Positions 38,862 to 48,896 of a DNA stretch of 56,418 nucleotides are shown in pieces. Source of the stretch: Deltaproteobacteria bacterium (GTDB taxonomy: Bacteria > Desulfobacterota > JAJRXV01); assembly GCA_024276115.1 (NCBI GenBank), contig JAJRXV010000264.1, forward strand, positions 1 to 56,418, given 5' to 3'. The translations under genes were made by a program, and so were the position numbers. The stretch's first letter is position 1. Every line of letters starts with the position of its first letter. The notes under the pieces are model-generated. The model worked only from the letters and a program-made list of their open reading frames with translations, was not told the DNA's origin and did no database searches.

Positions 38862-40412
38862 ATGAAACTTGTTACTTCCTCTCAGATGAGAGCTATTGAT
38901 GAACACGCGATCAATACCACAAAAATACCAAGCATCGTCCTTATGGAAAACGCCGCGAGCGAAGTCTGCTCCGCGATTTACTCTATTGAGGGGCACGAGT
39001 CGCGCAATTTTCTCATAATCACCGGTCCTGGGAAGAATGGTGGTGATGGTTTCGCGATAGCGCGGAAGCTCATAAACAAAGGCATTGCCGTAAAAATACT
39101 CACACTATCCCCAACAGCTGTATTAAAGGGTGACTCCAAAATAAACTACGATATACTGAAAAATATCGGCGCCGAAGTGAGCGAATGCAATGACACTCTC
39201 ACACTAAAACACGCACTGACGCACTGCGATTTTGTAATAGACGCGATATTCGGTACCGGACTCGGGCGACCGATCGAGGGACTATACAGATCCGCTATCG
39301 ATTTAATAAACAGTTCGGAGAAATACGTCATCGCGGTGGATATCCCATCCGGGGTTGATTCTGACACCGGAAAATCACTCGGCATAGCGGTCATGGCAAA
39401 CCTAACAGTTACATTCGCCTACGAAAAAATCGGACAAGTTATCTACCCCGGAAAAGAGCAGTGCGGGAATGTCGTCACTGCCGATATCGGCATACCAGAC
39501 GCGATCTCTCAAAAGGTCGGTATAGGTATCAAAAATTTCATAGTGAAAGAATCTGACATGCGGCGTCTGATACTGCATCTCAAAAGAAAAGATAACACAC
39601 ATAAGGGTGACTTCGGTCACGCGCTCGTCATCGCCGGGTCAAAGGGCAAAACCGGCGCGGCGGCTATGACAGCTACCGCGGCGCTTCGGATGGGCGCGGG
39701 GCTCGTCACAATGGCAGTGCCTGAGAGCCTCAACCCTATATTCGAGGAGAAAGTCACCGAAGTGATGACAGAGCCTGTCGGCGATATCGACGGTTTTTTT
39801 AGCGAAGACGCGTATGGCAAAATAATGGAACTCACTGAGAAGAAGAGCGTTATTATTATCGGCCCGGGGACATCCACTCACCCTGAAACCGCACGGCTGG
39901 TAAAAAAGCTCATCGCTAAGATCAAAGGTATACCGGTTGTGATCGACGCTGACGGACTCAATATAATCGCTGAGGATGTATCGATTCTCAAGGACGCGAA
40001 AACAGAACTGATACTCACGCCCCACCCCGCTGAGATGGCGCGGCTCGTCGGCATGACCACTGCTGAAGTGCTAGGCAACAAAATCGCTATAGCGAGAAAA
40101 TTCGCGGTTGACAATTCTGTCACGCTGATATTAAAAGGCGCGGACACGATAATAGCGACGAAAGACGAGAAGATACACGTCAACAGCACGGGTAACTCCG
40201 CTCTCTCGACCGCCGGCACAGGCGATGTGCTTACTGGAATGGTCGGTGGTGCGCTCGCGCAGGGGCTGAATGTTTTGAGGTCATGTATCATAGGAACATA
40301 CGTTCACGGCGCGGTCGGCGATGAGATATCAGAAAAATTCGGGCGGGTTGGAATAATCGCTACTGATCTTCTCGGGGTTATACCATCAGTTATTCATAAA
40401 TTGTCTAGTTGA
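38862..40412 (+). CDS. nnr: bifunctional NAD(P)H-hydrate epimerase / ADP-dependent dehydratase
   Basis: 516 aa. N-terminal YjeF_N (GPGKNGGDG) and C-terminal carbohydrate-kinase-like domain (HKGDFGH, GTGDVLTG). Confidence 0.9.
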   Translation: MKLVTSSQMRAIDEHAINTTKIPSIVLMENAASEVCSAIYSIEGHESRNFLIITGPGKNGGDGFAIARKLINKGIAVKILTLSPTAVLKGDSKINYDILKNIGAEVSECNDTLTLKHALTHCDFVIDAIFGTGLGRPIEGLYRSAIDLINSSEKYVIAVDIPSGVDSDTGKSLGIAVMANLTVTFAYEKIGQVIYPGKEQCGNVVTADIGIPDAISQKVGIGIKNFIVKESDMRRLILHLKRKDNTHKGDFGHALVIAGSKGKTGAAAMTATAALRMGAGLVTMAVPESLNPIFEEKVTEVMTEPVGDIDGFFSEDAYGKIMELTEKKSVIIIGPGTSTHPETARLVKKLIAKIKGIPVVIDADGLNIIAEDVSILKDAKTELILTPHPAEMARLVGMTTAEVLGNKIAIARKFAVDNSVTLILKGADTIIATKDEKIHVNSTGNSALSTAGTGDVLTGMVGGALAQGLNVLRSCIIGTYVHGAVGDEISEKFGRVGIIATDLLGVIPSVIHKLSS

Positions 40413-40426
40413 TTCCAGACGATACT

Positions 40427-41623
40427 TTACGTTGTGTACTCACTGTTGATCTTCACATAATCGTATGAAAAGTCGCAGGTGAGAATTTCCGCCATCGCCT
40501 GCCCTACATTGAGGTCTACTGTCACTGATATTTCCTTACCTTTGAGAGCGTTTGTGACGTTTTCACCGCGTACGTCACCGGCAACAAGACTACTCTTCAC
40601 TATCAGTATGTCATTGATATATATATCTATTTCGTTGGGATATATCTTTGCGTCGGCGTTACCGAGCGCCATCATTAAACGTCCGACGTTAGCGTCCTCC
40701 CCAAAAAAAGCAGTTTTTACGAGCGGAGAATTGGCAACCGCGCGGGAGACGTTCTCAGCGTCACTCTCAGATTTCGCGCCCTTTGTAATTACCTTGATCA
40801 GTTTTGTGGCACCCTCCCCGTCTTTCGCGAGCATGACGCTCAGGTCATACATCACCTCGTGGAGAGCGTTGCAGAACAGTTCCGCCTCGTGAGTATCCGG
40901 TAGCACCTTCTTCGCGCCGGACTCACCGTTTGCCATAAGTAGCACCATATCATTCGTGCTCGTGTCACCGTCCACAGTAACACGGTTGAAAGTCGCGCTG
41001 ACTCTCTCTTTAAGGATTACATTTAAATACCTGTGATCGACTTCAGCATCTGTCATTATGAACCCAAGCATAGTCGCCATGTTCGGCATTATCATCCCCG
41101 AGCCCTTCGCGACACCGCTTATGATGACCTCCTTCTCCCCGAGCATGATAGTACGTTGCGCCAACTTCGGGAACGTGTCCGTCGTCATTATAGCCCTGCT
41201 GAACTCGTCGATTTTACACTCTTCAACAGAGTGGCAGAGATTCGGTAGCACGTCCTTAATCTTCTGTATATTAAGCCTCTCCCCGATAACACCGGTAGAG
41301 GCGACAACAACATCACTCGCGTCGAGGTTCAGGCACTGCGCCGCGTAGAACGCCATTTTCTGAGCGTCCTCAAGCCCGGGTTCCCCTGTTGCGGCGTTCG
41401 CGTTACCGCTGTTGACGATGACCGCCTGGCAGTGACCGTTCTTGACATTCTCCATGCTAATGTATATTGGTGCGGCCTTCACCGCGTTTTTTGTAAAAAC
41501 CGCGGCGGCAGACGCCTTGGATTTTGAGAAGATAAGGGCAAGGTCGAGATTACCACTCTTTTTCAATCCCGCTTTTGTAGCGGAGAATAAAAAACCCTTC
41601 GCGCTTTTATAACTGCATGACAT
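40427..41623 (-). CDS. argJ: bifunctional ornithine acetyltransferase / N-acetylglutamate synthase
   Basis: 398 aa with the autoprocessing site PNMATMLGF. Confidence 0.93.
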   Translation of the reverse strand: MSCSYKSAKGFLFSATKAGLKKSGNLDLALIFSKSKASAAAVFTKNAVKAAPIYISMENVKNGHCQAVIVNSGNANAATGEPGLEDAQKMAFYAAQCLNLDASDVVVASTGVIGERLNIQKIKDVLPNLCHSVEECKIDEFSRAIMTTDTFPKLAQRTIMLGEKEVIISGVAKGSGMIMPNMATMLGFIMTDAEVDHRYLNVILKERVSATFNRVTVDGDTSTNDMVLLMANGESGAKKVLPDTHEAELFCNALHEVMYDLSVMLAKDGEGATKLIKVITKGAKSESDAENVSRAVANSPLVKTAFFGEDANVGRLMMALGNADAKIYPNEIDIYINDILIVKSSLVAGDVRGENVTNALKGKEISVTVDLNVGQAMAEILTCDFSYDYVKINSEYTT

Positions 41624-41672
41624 AGTTGCCCCTCCTAGTTTTTTGGTTAATTATATAATATATTATGCGACT

Positions 41673-43352
41673 CTAGATAGTGTCAATGATAGGCATTGCG
41701 CATAAAAAAGTGTTACCATCTTCGTTGGATGTGTCGAGCCTGACGAAACCTTTATGCTTTTTGAAGATCCCCTGAACGGTCGCAAGCCCAAGCCCTACCC
41801 CTTCAGGTTTGTCCGTAAGGACATTACCGGGTTGGTAAAAATCCTCAAATATCTTTTCAATATGTTCATCTTTTATCTTTTTTCCGGTATTAAACATGAT
41901 CACACGCACATAACTGGTGTGATTCTCAAGGTAGTTTTCAACCTTGATATTGATAACACGCCTATCATCATTGAACTTGATAGCGTTGTCCAGCAGGTGC
42001 TCAAACGCCTTCTGCAACATATTTATATCCGCGTATATTTTTACGTCTTTAATCTTATTTTCGTACCTGAACTTAATGTTCTGCTTCGCCATCCGCGATT
42101 GAAACTGTTTTATAATCTCTTCTATTATGCTGTTTATGTTCACTTCTGACATATTCCACTCTATCTTGTTCGTCTCGAGGTTAAAAAAGTTTAGTATCCT
42201 CTCGATCAACTGCGCGATTTTAAGAGCCTCAGAGTGGATAATATTAAGGTACTCATCCTTAGTCTCTTCTGACTCGCCTTCTGAAAAGTTCAGTAACAGC
42301 TCTAAGTAACCTATTACCGATGTGAGTGGCGTTTTTAGCTCGTGTGAAAGGTTGCACAGCAGTTCTGACTTCGCGGAGCTGATCTCAGCAAGCTTCTGGT
42401 TTGTCGTCTTGAGATCCTTAGCGCTCTCGGCTATCTCAGTGTAAAGTTTAAAGTTATCAATTGAAACAGCAACCTGGTTTGAAATAGTAGTCAGAATATT
42501 CTTATCATTATCGTTAAACTCACTACCATCAGTTTTGTTGTTGATGTTAACGATCCCAATAACTTTATCTTTCAGCTTGATCGGTACGGTCAGTAGCGAT
42601 TTAGTACTGTAAACCTTTTCCCCCCAGTTACTTTGCGAAAATTTAGGAGCGCTTTCAATATCATTAATCAGCAATGGTTCCCCAGTCATAGCGACATGCC
42701 CGGCAACGCCCTCACCAACTTTTATCTTCGCGTCCCTGACTTTCTTGCTCCTCGATGGACCTTTGTAGGCGCTCATTTTGAGACACTCAGCCTCTGCGTC
42801 TACCATCATGATAGAAACTATTTTGACATCAAGCAGGTCCGCGATCAGGTGTATTATTTTATCAAGAAGGTAGTTAATGTTCAGAGTCGGTTGCGTCATA
42901 GCTTCACCGATCTCCTTCAAGAGCACTATCTCATACGTCCTTTGTTGCGCGTACTTCATCATTTTATTTTTGCTGATTCGGTAGAAATTTTCGCGTAATG
43001 CGTTTCCTATTGTTTCAGTAAGCGTTTTTTTTGATACAGGTTTGGTTATGTAGTCAAGCAGGCCAGCTCTTATGACTTTTTGAGCTGTTTCAAATTTTTT
43101 TGAGCTACTTACGACCATGATTGGTAGGGCTGGAGATAATATTTTGATATTCTCTATCGACTCGAAGTGGTCTTTCGCTTCCCCATCGAGGTCATAAAGC
43201 ACAACATTAAAAGCCTTCTTCAGTGTGCTATAAAGCCGGTTTGTCTTGATAATAAACGTAACATCTATGTTCATTTCTGACAACATCGACTTGATAGACT
43301 GCTTAAACTCAGTATCACTGCTGATGACTAAACATTTATTTGATGATGACAC
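41673..43352 (-). CDS. hybrid sensor: receiver-like N-terminus + GAF + histidine kinase
   Basis: 559 aa with a GAF region, H-box SHELKTPLT, N box LLDNAIKF and G box GVGLGLA. Confidence 0.85.
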   Translation of the reverse strand: MSSSNKCLVISSDTEFKQSIKSMLSEMNIDVTFIIKTNRLYSTLKKAFNVVLYDLDGEAKDHFESIENIKILSPALPIMVVSSSKKFETAQKVIRAGLLDYITKPVSKKTLTETIGNALRENFYRISKNKMMKYAQQRTYEIVLLKEIGEAMTQPTLNINYLLDKIIHLIADLLDVKIVSIMMVDAEAECLKMSAYKGPSRSKKVRDAKIKVGEGVAGHVAMTGEPLLINDIESAPKFSQSNWGEKVYSTKSLLTVPIKLKDKVIGIVNINNKTDGSEFNDNDKNILTTISNQVAVSIDNFKLYTEIAESAKDLKTTNQKLAEISSAKSELLCNLSHELKTPLTSVIGYLELLLNFSEGESEETKDEYLNIIHSEALKIAQLIERILNFFNLETNKIEWNMSEVNINSIIEEIIKQFQSRMAKQNIKFRYENKIKDVKIYADINMLQKAFEHLLDNAIKFNDDRRVINIKVENYLENHTSYVRVIMFNTGKKIKDEHIEKIFEDFYQPGNVLTDKPEGVGLGLATVQGIFKKHKGFVRLDTSNEDGNTFLCAMPIIDTI

Positions 43353-43465
43353 AAACTTTCTCCAAAAGTTATATGTATTTAAGTATACTATTATATTGTG
43401 ATATGTAAAGGTATTTATTTAATGATTTAATGAAAGCTGATTTGTTCTGAAAGAAGCTATGACAT

Positions 43466-44320
43466 CTACTCGCCATAAGCCGATTTAAAGAGCGCATCCT
43501 TCATCACTTCTATTGGTGCTGCTTCTTTCGTCCATATTTCAAAACCCTCTGTCCCCTGATAGAGCAACATATTCAACCCGTTTTCGATACTATGTCCGAG
43601 TTTTTTCGCCTGCTTAAGCAGTTTTGTCTTCGGAGGGTTATAAACCATATCATAGACTAACGCACCCTCCTTCAGGGATTTAAGCGGAAGCTTCAACGTT
43701 TCGCCACCAAGCCCGACCGATGTAGTATTGACCAGAATATCGCACTCAGCAAAAACAACGCTCAAATCATCATCATTCAGCGGGCATACAGTTATCTTAG
43801 CCTTACAAAAACACCCCTTAAAATTATCACAAAGCAGTTCAGCTTTACGCCCTGTCCTGTTCGCGATGGTAAGATGCTTAACACCCTCGCGCAAAAGCCC
43901 CACGCACGCGGCTTTTGAGGCGCCACCGGCACCGACTATGACGACTCGCGACTTTTTAAAATCCTTTATTCCGGCAGCTTTAAGAGCGGTGACAAACCCT
44001 TTGCAGTCAGTATTGTGCCCAATAAGCCTGCCATCGATATTCTCAATAGTATTGACGGCGCCTATCAAAAAAGCGTTTTCAGTTACCTCATCGAGATACT
44101 CCATGACAGTTTCTTTGTGGGGTACAGTAATATTTGCCCCAAGAAAATTAAGCGCTCTCAAAGCATTGACAGCAGCCTTCAAATCCGAGGGGTTTACTTT
44201 AAACGGCAGATACTTGTAGTCCAAACCGAGCTCCTTGAACCCGGCGTTGTGCATGACCGGCGACAGCGAATGCGAAATCGGAAAACCGAATATCGCGACG
44301 ATTTTTTGCTCCTCACTCAT
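43466..44320 (-). CDS. aroE: shikimate dehydrogenase
   Basis: 284 aa. SLSPVMHN, NITVPHK, GAGGASKA. Confidence 0.93.
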   Translation of the reverse strand: MSEEQKIVAIFGFPISHSLSPVMHNAGFKELGLDYKYLPFKVNPSDLKAAVNALRALNFLGANITVPHKETVMEYLDEVTENAFLIGAVNTIENIDGRLIGHNTDCKGFVTALKAAGIKDFKKSRVVIVGAGGASKAACVGLLREGVKHLTIANRTGRKAELLCDNFKGCFCKAKITVCPLNDDDLSVVFAECDILVNTTSVGLGGETLKLPLKSLKEGALVYDMVYNPPKTKLLKQAKKLGHSIENGLNMLLYQGTEGFEIWTKEAAPIEVMKDALFKSAYGE

Positions 44321-44322
44321 AT

Positions 44323-45360
44323 TTACCCTCCCATAGCCACATCGGCGTCTTTAGCTTCTTCAATGCTCTTTATAGATATGTTCTTCGTCCATAGTAGGAT
44401 CGCCCCCAAGATAACCGGCGGTAGAAAATCAACCGCCCAGATGATGATAGAAATGCTCACCGCTTCAGCCTTTGGTACTCCGTAAAACGCCAGCGCGATC
44501 ACGACAGCGACATTCAGTGTACCTATGTATCCGGGTGCCGCAGGTATCATTACGGCGAATGTCTTCATGATCAACACTACAAAACTCGCTTCGATCGCGA
44601 GGCTGTAGTCAAATGTTTGAAGATCGAACCCCTTTAATACTATATATATCGGAAGTGCGCAAAAAATCCAGTGTAAAAGTGAATAAAACAGTATCATGAA
44701 GATATTTTTAAAATTTTTTTCGATTTTTAGACCGGAGCTGAACGAATCTAAGAGCTTCAGAATAAAATTCGTGAACTTTTCAGGGAATGGTTTTAAGAAG
44801 AACCCCGCGAGCTTCATCGCGCTATCGTACCGACGGTTCAAGAAGATTATGAAGGCAATTATCACGAGATACAGCCCGAAAGAGCTGTACCCAAGGGATT
44901 TTATATTTTCGGTCGCCTCAGGTGAAATTATCTTCGTGAGATCGACCGTAAGAAAAGTCGCCATAAGTATGAGCAGTATTGTCATACCGTCGAAAAGCCG
45001 TTCGATAACGATCGTCGCGAAAACCGCCGACATTTTCGCGTCTTCATCCTTCGCCAGAACATAAGCGCGCGCGAACTCCCCGAGCCGGAAAGGTAGCGTG
45101 TTATTCGCCATGAACCCTATCATTGTAGCGGAAAAGAGATTCTTAAAACTCGCGTTTGTTATCGGTCTTACAAGGTAGTCCCAGCGCAGAGTACGGATGA
45201 TAAAAAGACCGTACATAACAGCTACTGCCGGAATGATATACAAGTAGTTGCATTTTTTTAGGGCGGCGAGAAGTTCGTCCACGTTAACGCCCTTAAAAGC
45301 GATATATAAAAAAATCGCGCTGACCAAAAAGCCGAGCGCTAACGATATTTTTTTCTTCAA
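44323..45360 (-). CDS. polytopic membrane protein, lysylphosphatidylglycerol-synthase-TM / flippase-like (UPF0104) family
   Basis: 345 aa with about 8 TM segments and the family-typical RWDYLVRP / LPFRLGEFARAY motifs. Confidence 0.65.
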   Translation of the reverse strand: MKKKISLALGFLVSAIFLYIAFKGVNVDELLAALKKCNYLYIIPAVAVMYGLFIIRTLRWDYLVRPITNASFKNLFSATMIGFMANNTLPFRLGEFARAYVLAKDEDAKMSAVFATIVIERLFDGMTILLILMATFLTVDLTKIISPEATENIKSLGYSSFGLYLVIIAFIIFLNRRYDSAMKLAGFFLKPFPEKFTNFILKLLDSFSSGLKIEKNFKNIFMILFYSLLHWIFCALPIYIVLKGFDLQTFDYSLAIEASFVVLIMKTFAVMIPAAPGYIGTLNVAVVIALAFYGVPKAEAVSISIIIWAVDFLPPVILGAILLWTKNISIKSIEEAKDADVAMGG

Positions 45361-45361
45361 T

Positions 45362-46294
45362 TTATTTACCCATTAGTGACGCTTTCGCGGTAGTTACATC
45401 CTCTTCTATCTGCATGGTCAACTCATCGACACAACTGAATTTGCGTTCTTCACGCAAACGATCAACAAACTCAACACTCACCTCGCTACCATAAAGATCA
45501 CCGTTAAAGTTCATTATGTGAGCCTCTATACTGTGCTCGTTCTCGTCACCAAAAGTAGGTTGATAACCTATATTCGCGACACCATACAGCTTCTCCGCGC
45601 CGACTAATACAAGCACGGAATAAACGCCGTCCGCCGGAAGCAGCTTGTTCTGAACGCTCAAGTTGACAGTCGGAAAACCTATCTTCTTCCCGACATTCTT
45701 CCCCTTAATCACACTGCCAGACATAGAGTAGTTGTGCCCGAGAAAACGCGCGGCCTTGCGGACATTACCCCTTGAGATCAACTCTCGAATATGTGAGCTG
45801 CTTATCACTTCATCACCCATCTTCTTAGCGGTGACGATACTTACTTTAAACCCTTTTTCCTCACCCATCTCCTCAAGAAAATCAGTGTTACCCTTGCGAT
45901 CCTTCCCAAAGTTGAAATCGTAACCGACGATTATTTCACTTACTTTCAGTTTATCGATAAGAATATTATTTACAAAGTCTTCGGCCGGCATCGACGCGAA
46001 TTTATTGTTAAATTCAAAACATATAAGGTAATCTACTGGAAACCCACCGATAATATTAGCTTTCTCGGAAAAATTCGTGAGCAAAAAAGGTTTATGCCCC
46101 TTAGGCGCGAAAAACTCCTTTGGATGCGGATCAAACGTCAAAAGAATGGATTTACTTGAAGTGCGGATGCTCTTTGATGTGAGTTCTCTTATTATGTACT
46201 GGTGACCGATGTGAATTCCATCATAGTTACCGATAGAAATCACACTTTGATTGATATCAAGGTGTGAGAAATCACTATATTTAATAATTTCCAT
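45362..46294 (-). CDS. ribF: bifunctional riboflavin kinase / FMN adenylyltransferase
   Basis: 310 aa. GNYDGIHIGHQ, GFPTVNL, and the C-terminal riboflavin kinase fold. Confidence 0.93.
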   Translation of the reverse strand: MEIIKYSDFSHLDINQSVISIGNYDGIHIGHQYIIRELTSKSIRTSSKSILLTFDPHPKEFFAPKGHKPFLLTNFSEKANIIGGFPVDYLICFEFNNKFASMPAEDFVNNILIDKLKVSEIIVGYDFNFGKDRKGNTDFLEEMGEEKGFKVSIVTAKKMGDEVISSSHIRELISRGNVRKAARFLGHNYSMSGSVIKGKNVGKKIGFPTVNLSVQNKLLPADGVYSVLVLVGAEKLYGVANIGYQPTFGDENEHSIEAHIMNFNGDLYGSEVSVEFVDRLREERKFSCVDELTMQIEEDVTTAKASLMGK

Positions 46295-46342
46295 AGTTTA
46301 TAGTTTCGGCAAAAAATTGATCAAGAGAAAGATTGTAATCAA

Positions 46343-46597
46343 TTAGCTGGCAGAAGGACAACCAGCGCAAGCGTCACTTGTCGCTTTACAGCTTTCCTTC
46401 GCTACTCTGCTTTTATCCTTTTTTGCGTAGTCTGTCGCATACCATCCAGTCCCCTTCAACGCGAACGATGATTGTGAGATAAGTTTTTCTACGTCACCTG
46501 AACATTTTTCACAACTCTTTACAGGGTCATCACTCATCTTCTGAAATACTTCAAACTCGTGGTTGCACTCATTGCAACGATACTCATAAATTGGCAT
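46343..46597 (-). CDS. FmdB-family zinc-ribbon protein
   Basis: [16 protein letters not shown]...CEKCSG. RBS AGGAGG upstream. Confidence 0.85.
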   Translation of the reverse strand: MPIYEYRCNECNHEFEVFQKMSDDPVKSCEKCSGDVEKLISQSSFALKGTGWYATDYAKKDKSRVAKESCKATSDACAGCPSAS

Positions 46598-46710
46598 ACC
46601 TAAATACTACCTCCTGACATGATACTACTGTTCTTATTAAATTCTTAATTAAGTCATGCGTAATATAAACATTTTTTACGAAAAACGCAACCCCTATTTC
46701 AGTTTTTTCT

Positions 46711-46744
46711 CGCGAACGCGGGTAGTCGCGGATTTGTACTGATT
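46711..46744. repeat. partial copy of the intergenic ACACGG / GCGGATTTG repeat family
   Basis: CGCGAACGCGGGTAGTCGCGGATTTGTACTGATT. The core GCGGATTTGTACTGATT matches the reverse complement of 48855-48871 at 15 of 17 positions. Confidence 0.4.
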
Positions 46745-46795
46745 ACTTCTTTTTCAAACTTGTCAACGCACCACAGATATGCTAACTTGAAAGCC

Positions 46796-47473
46796 ATGAT
46801 AATATTTGAAAATATCAGCAAGATTTATTCTTTCGCACAAGGGGAAGTCGCGGCGCTGAGTGATGTGAGCTTTGAGATCAAGCCCGGTGAGTTCACCGTT
46901 ATCAAAGGCGCTTCTGGCTCTGGCAAGTCTACTATAATGAATATACTAGGATTTCTCGACAGACCATCGAGCGGAAAATATTTTTTTGGTGGTAAGGATG
47001 TAACGCGGATGAATGACGCTGAAATATCGCTCATGCGGAACGAGAGGATCGGCTTTGTCTTCCAGTCCTTTAACCTGATCCAGCGGAAAAGCTCGCTCGA
47101 AAACGTCATGCTACCGCTACTATACTCGAAGAAGTTTTCACTGAACTATAAAAAGTTAAGCTGTGAGAAGCTAGAACAAGTCGGACTGAAACATCGGATG
47201 AAGCACAAACCGACAGAGCTTTCAGGCGGTGAACAGCAGAGGGTCGCTATCGCGCGCGCGCTTATCAACAACCCGGACCTGATCCTCGCCGACGAGCCTA
47301 CCGGCAACCTCGACAGCAAGACCTCTGACGATATTATGTCTATATTCAAAGAGCTAAACGCGAATGGTAAGACTGTCATCATTATAACACATGAAAAGTC
47401 GGTCAGTGACTACGCCAGGCGGATAATAACGCTCAAGGATGGAAAGATCGTGTCGGACAGTGAAACAGGGTAG
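46796..47473 (+). CDS. ABC transporter ATP-binding protein (MacB/LolD/FtsE-like), no adjacent permease
   Basis: Walker [10 protein letters not shown], signature LSGGEQQR, Walker [16 protein letters not shown] 46796 is preferred to the track start at 46760. Confidence 0.88.
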   Translation: MIIFENISKIYSFAQGEVAALSDVSFEIKPGEFTVIKGASGSGKSTIMNILGFLDRPSSGKYFFGGKDVTRMNDAEISLMRNERIGFVFQSFNLIQRKSSLENVMLPLLYSKKFSLNYKKLSCEKLEQVGLKHRMKHKPTELSGGEQQRVAIARALINNPDLILADEPTGNLDSKTSDDIMSIFKELNANGKTVIIITHEKSVSDYARRIITLKDGKIVSDSETG

Positions 47474-47570
47474 TACCTGTTATTGTTTCGGTTTGAATTT
47501 ACAAGAAAAAACCTATACGCGGCTTAAATAATATAATCAACACCTTTTCAGAGATGTTTTTTATAGATGC

Positions 47571-48713
47571 TCACTCGTACCTGCCAACCCAGATACTCAA
47601 TTTTACATATATCAGTTCTATGAATGTTTTCATAGAATCCTTGATTATGTGGATCTTACTCTTCGGATCGTTTATCCAGTGGACACCGACCTCTTTGATC
47701 TCGTATTTTAGCATCTTGCTTATCGCGAGTACTTCCATATCAAAGCCGAACCGTTCTACTGTCACACGGCTGAAAATATTCCGCGCGGCTACAAGTTCAA
47801 ACGCCTTAAAGCCGCATTGTGTATCATGTATGTTGTCGATGAGGATAGCGCGTATCAGCAAGTTCCCTAGACGGCTGACAAATCGCCGGTAGAACGGCTG
47901 GCGGATCTCAACGTTGCTATTTCTCAGGTATCGTGAACCAATTATTACCTTGTAGTCGTCAAAATAATCTCGCATTTTGTCAAACTCTTCGATCGGGGTA
48001 GAGTTATCAGCGTCAGTGAATAGTGCGTATCGCCCCTTTGCGCTGAGCATCCCGAGCCTGACCGAATCTCCCTTACCCCGGTTTATCTCCTTCTGTATAA
48101 TCCGCAGATTGGTTACTCCGCTATTCCTGACTACCTCAACAGTCTTGTCACGGCTACCGTCATCCACTACAATTATCTCATACGTCAGCTTTTTTTTGCT
48201 TAAAAAACTCTCAATCTTTCGCAAAGTGTCAACGATCCGCTTCTCTTCATTATACGCCGGTATGATAATGCTCAGCTCGTACTCCGGGGTGATCTCCTCT
48301 AAATGGTGTGGTATCTCCTCAAAAAATGTCCAGTATTGATTGCCGAGGAAATTCCACGTCAGGACGACGCATGAGGTCAACAACTTGGCGACTATGTAGT
48401 ATATCGCGAGCAGGTTGACAAAAAACATCATACAAATGATGTTGATGAAAAGCCCTACAACAGATACCGCGTAGAATTTGATTTTTTGCGCCTTATACTT
48501 CTTCTGCTTCTGCTCGAATGTCCACTTAGCGTTGAAGTAGTAGTTGTTTACCACCGCGAGCATGAACGAGATCGTCGCCGCGTGGATGACGTTCAGCGAA
48601 AAAAACTCCACCAGCAGGTACAGCCACGCGACATCGACTACCGTTCCGGTTATGCCGACAATACCATATTTTATGAGCCGCTTTTCCTGGAGCAACTGTC
48701 CGAATTTACCCAT
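47571..48713 (-). CDS. GtrA-like membrane domain fused to a family-2 glycosyltransferase (polyprenyl-phosphate sugar synthase type)
   Basis: 380 aa. The N-terminal 4-TM GtrA-like part has YGIVGITGTVVD. The GT2 part has LSIIIPAYNEE, VVDDGSRD and TDADNS. Confidence 0.85.
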   Translation of the reverse strand: MGKFGQLLQEKRLIKYGIVGITGTVVDVAWLYLLVEFFSLNVIHAATISFMLAVVNNYYFNAKWTFEQKQKKYKAQKIKFYAVSVVGLFINIICMMFFVNLLAIYYIVAKLLTSCVVLTWNFLGNQYWTFFEEIPHHLEEITPEYELSIIIPAYNEEKRIVDTLRKIESFLSKKKLTYEIIVVDDGSRDKTVEVVRNSGVTNLRIIQKEINRGKGDSVRLGMLSAKGRYALFTDADNSTPIEEFDKMRDYFDDYKVIIGSRYLRNSNVEIRQPFYRRFVSRLGNLLIRAILIDNIHDTQCGFKAFELVAARNIFSRVTVERFGFDMEVLAISKMLKYEIKEVGVHWINDPKSKIHIIKDSMKTFIELIYVKLSIWVGRYE

Positions 48714-48748
48714 GAATCACCTTTTAGTCAATGAAAAAATAAAAACTT

Positions 48749-48896
48749 ATCGCACACGGAAGAGACGGAAAAAGCCGATAAAAGCGGATTTTTTTAATAC
48801 TTCCTTTGCAAGGAATGATAAGGTTTTGTGGGACGTGAAAACCACACAAAAGCCAATCCGTGCAAATCCGCCTTTCCGCCTATTCCCGTGTACTAT
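48749..48896. repeat. ~148-bp structured intergenic element with imperfect terminal inverted repeats (AT[C/A]G[C/T]ACACGG...)
   Basis: The left arm 48749-48790 and the reverse complement of 48855-48896 are similar to each other and to 56220-56261. Internal hairpins are present (TTCCTT-TGC-AAGGAA). The right end overlaps the cytochrome stop codon. Confidence 0.55.
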
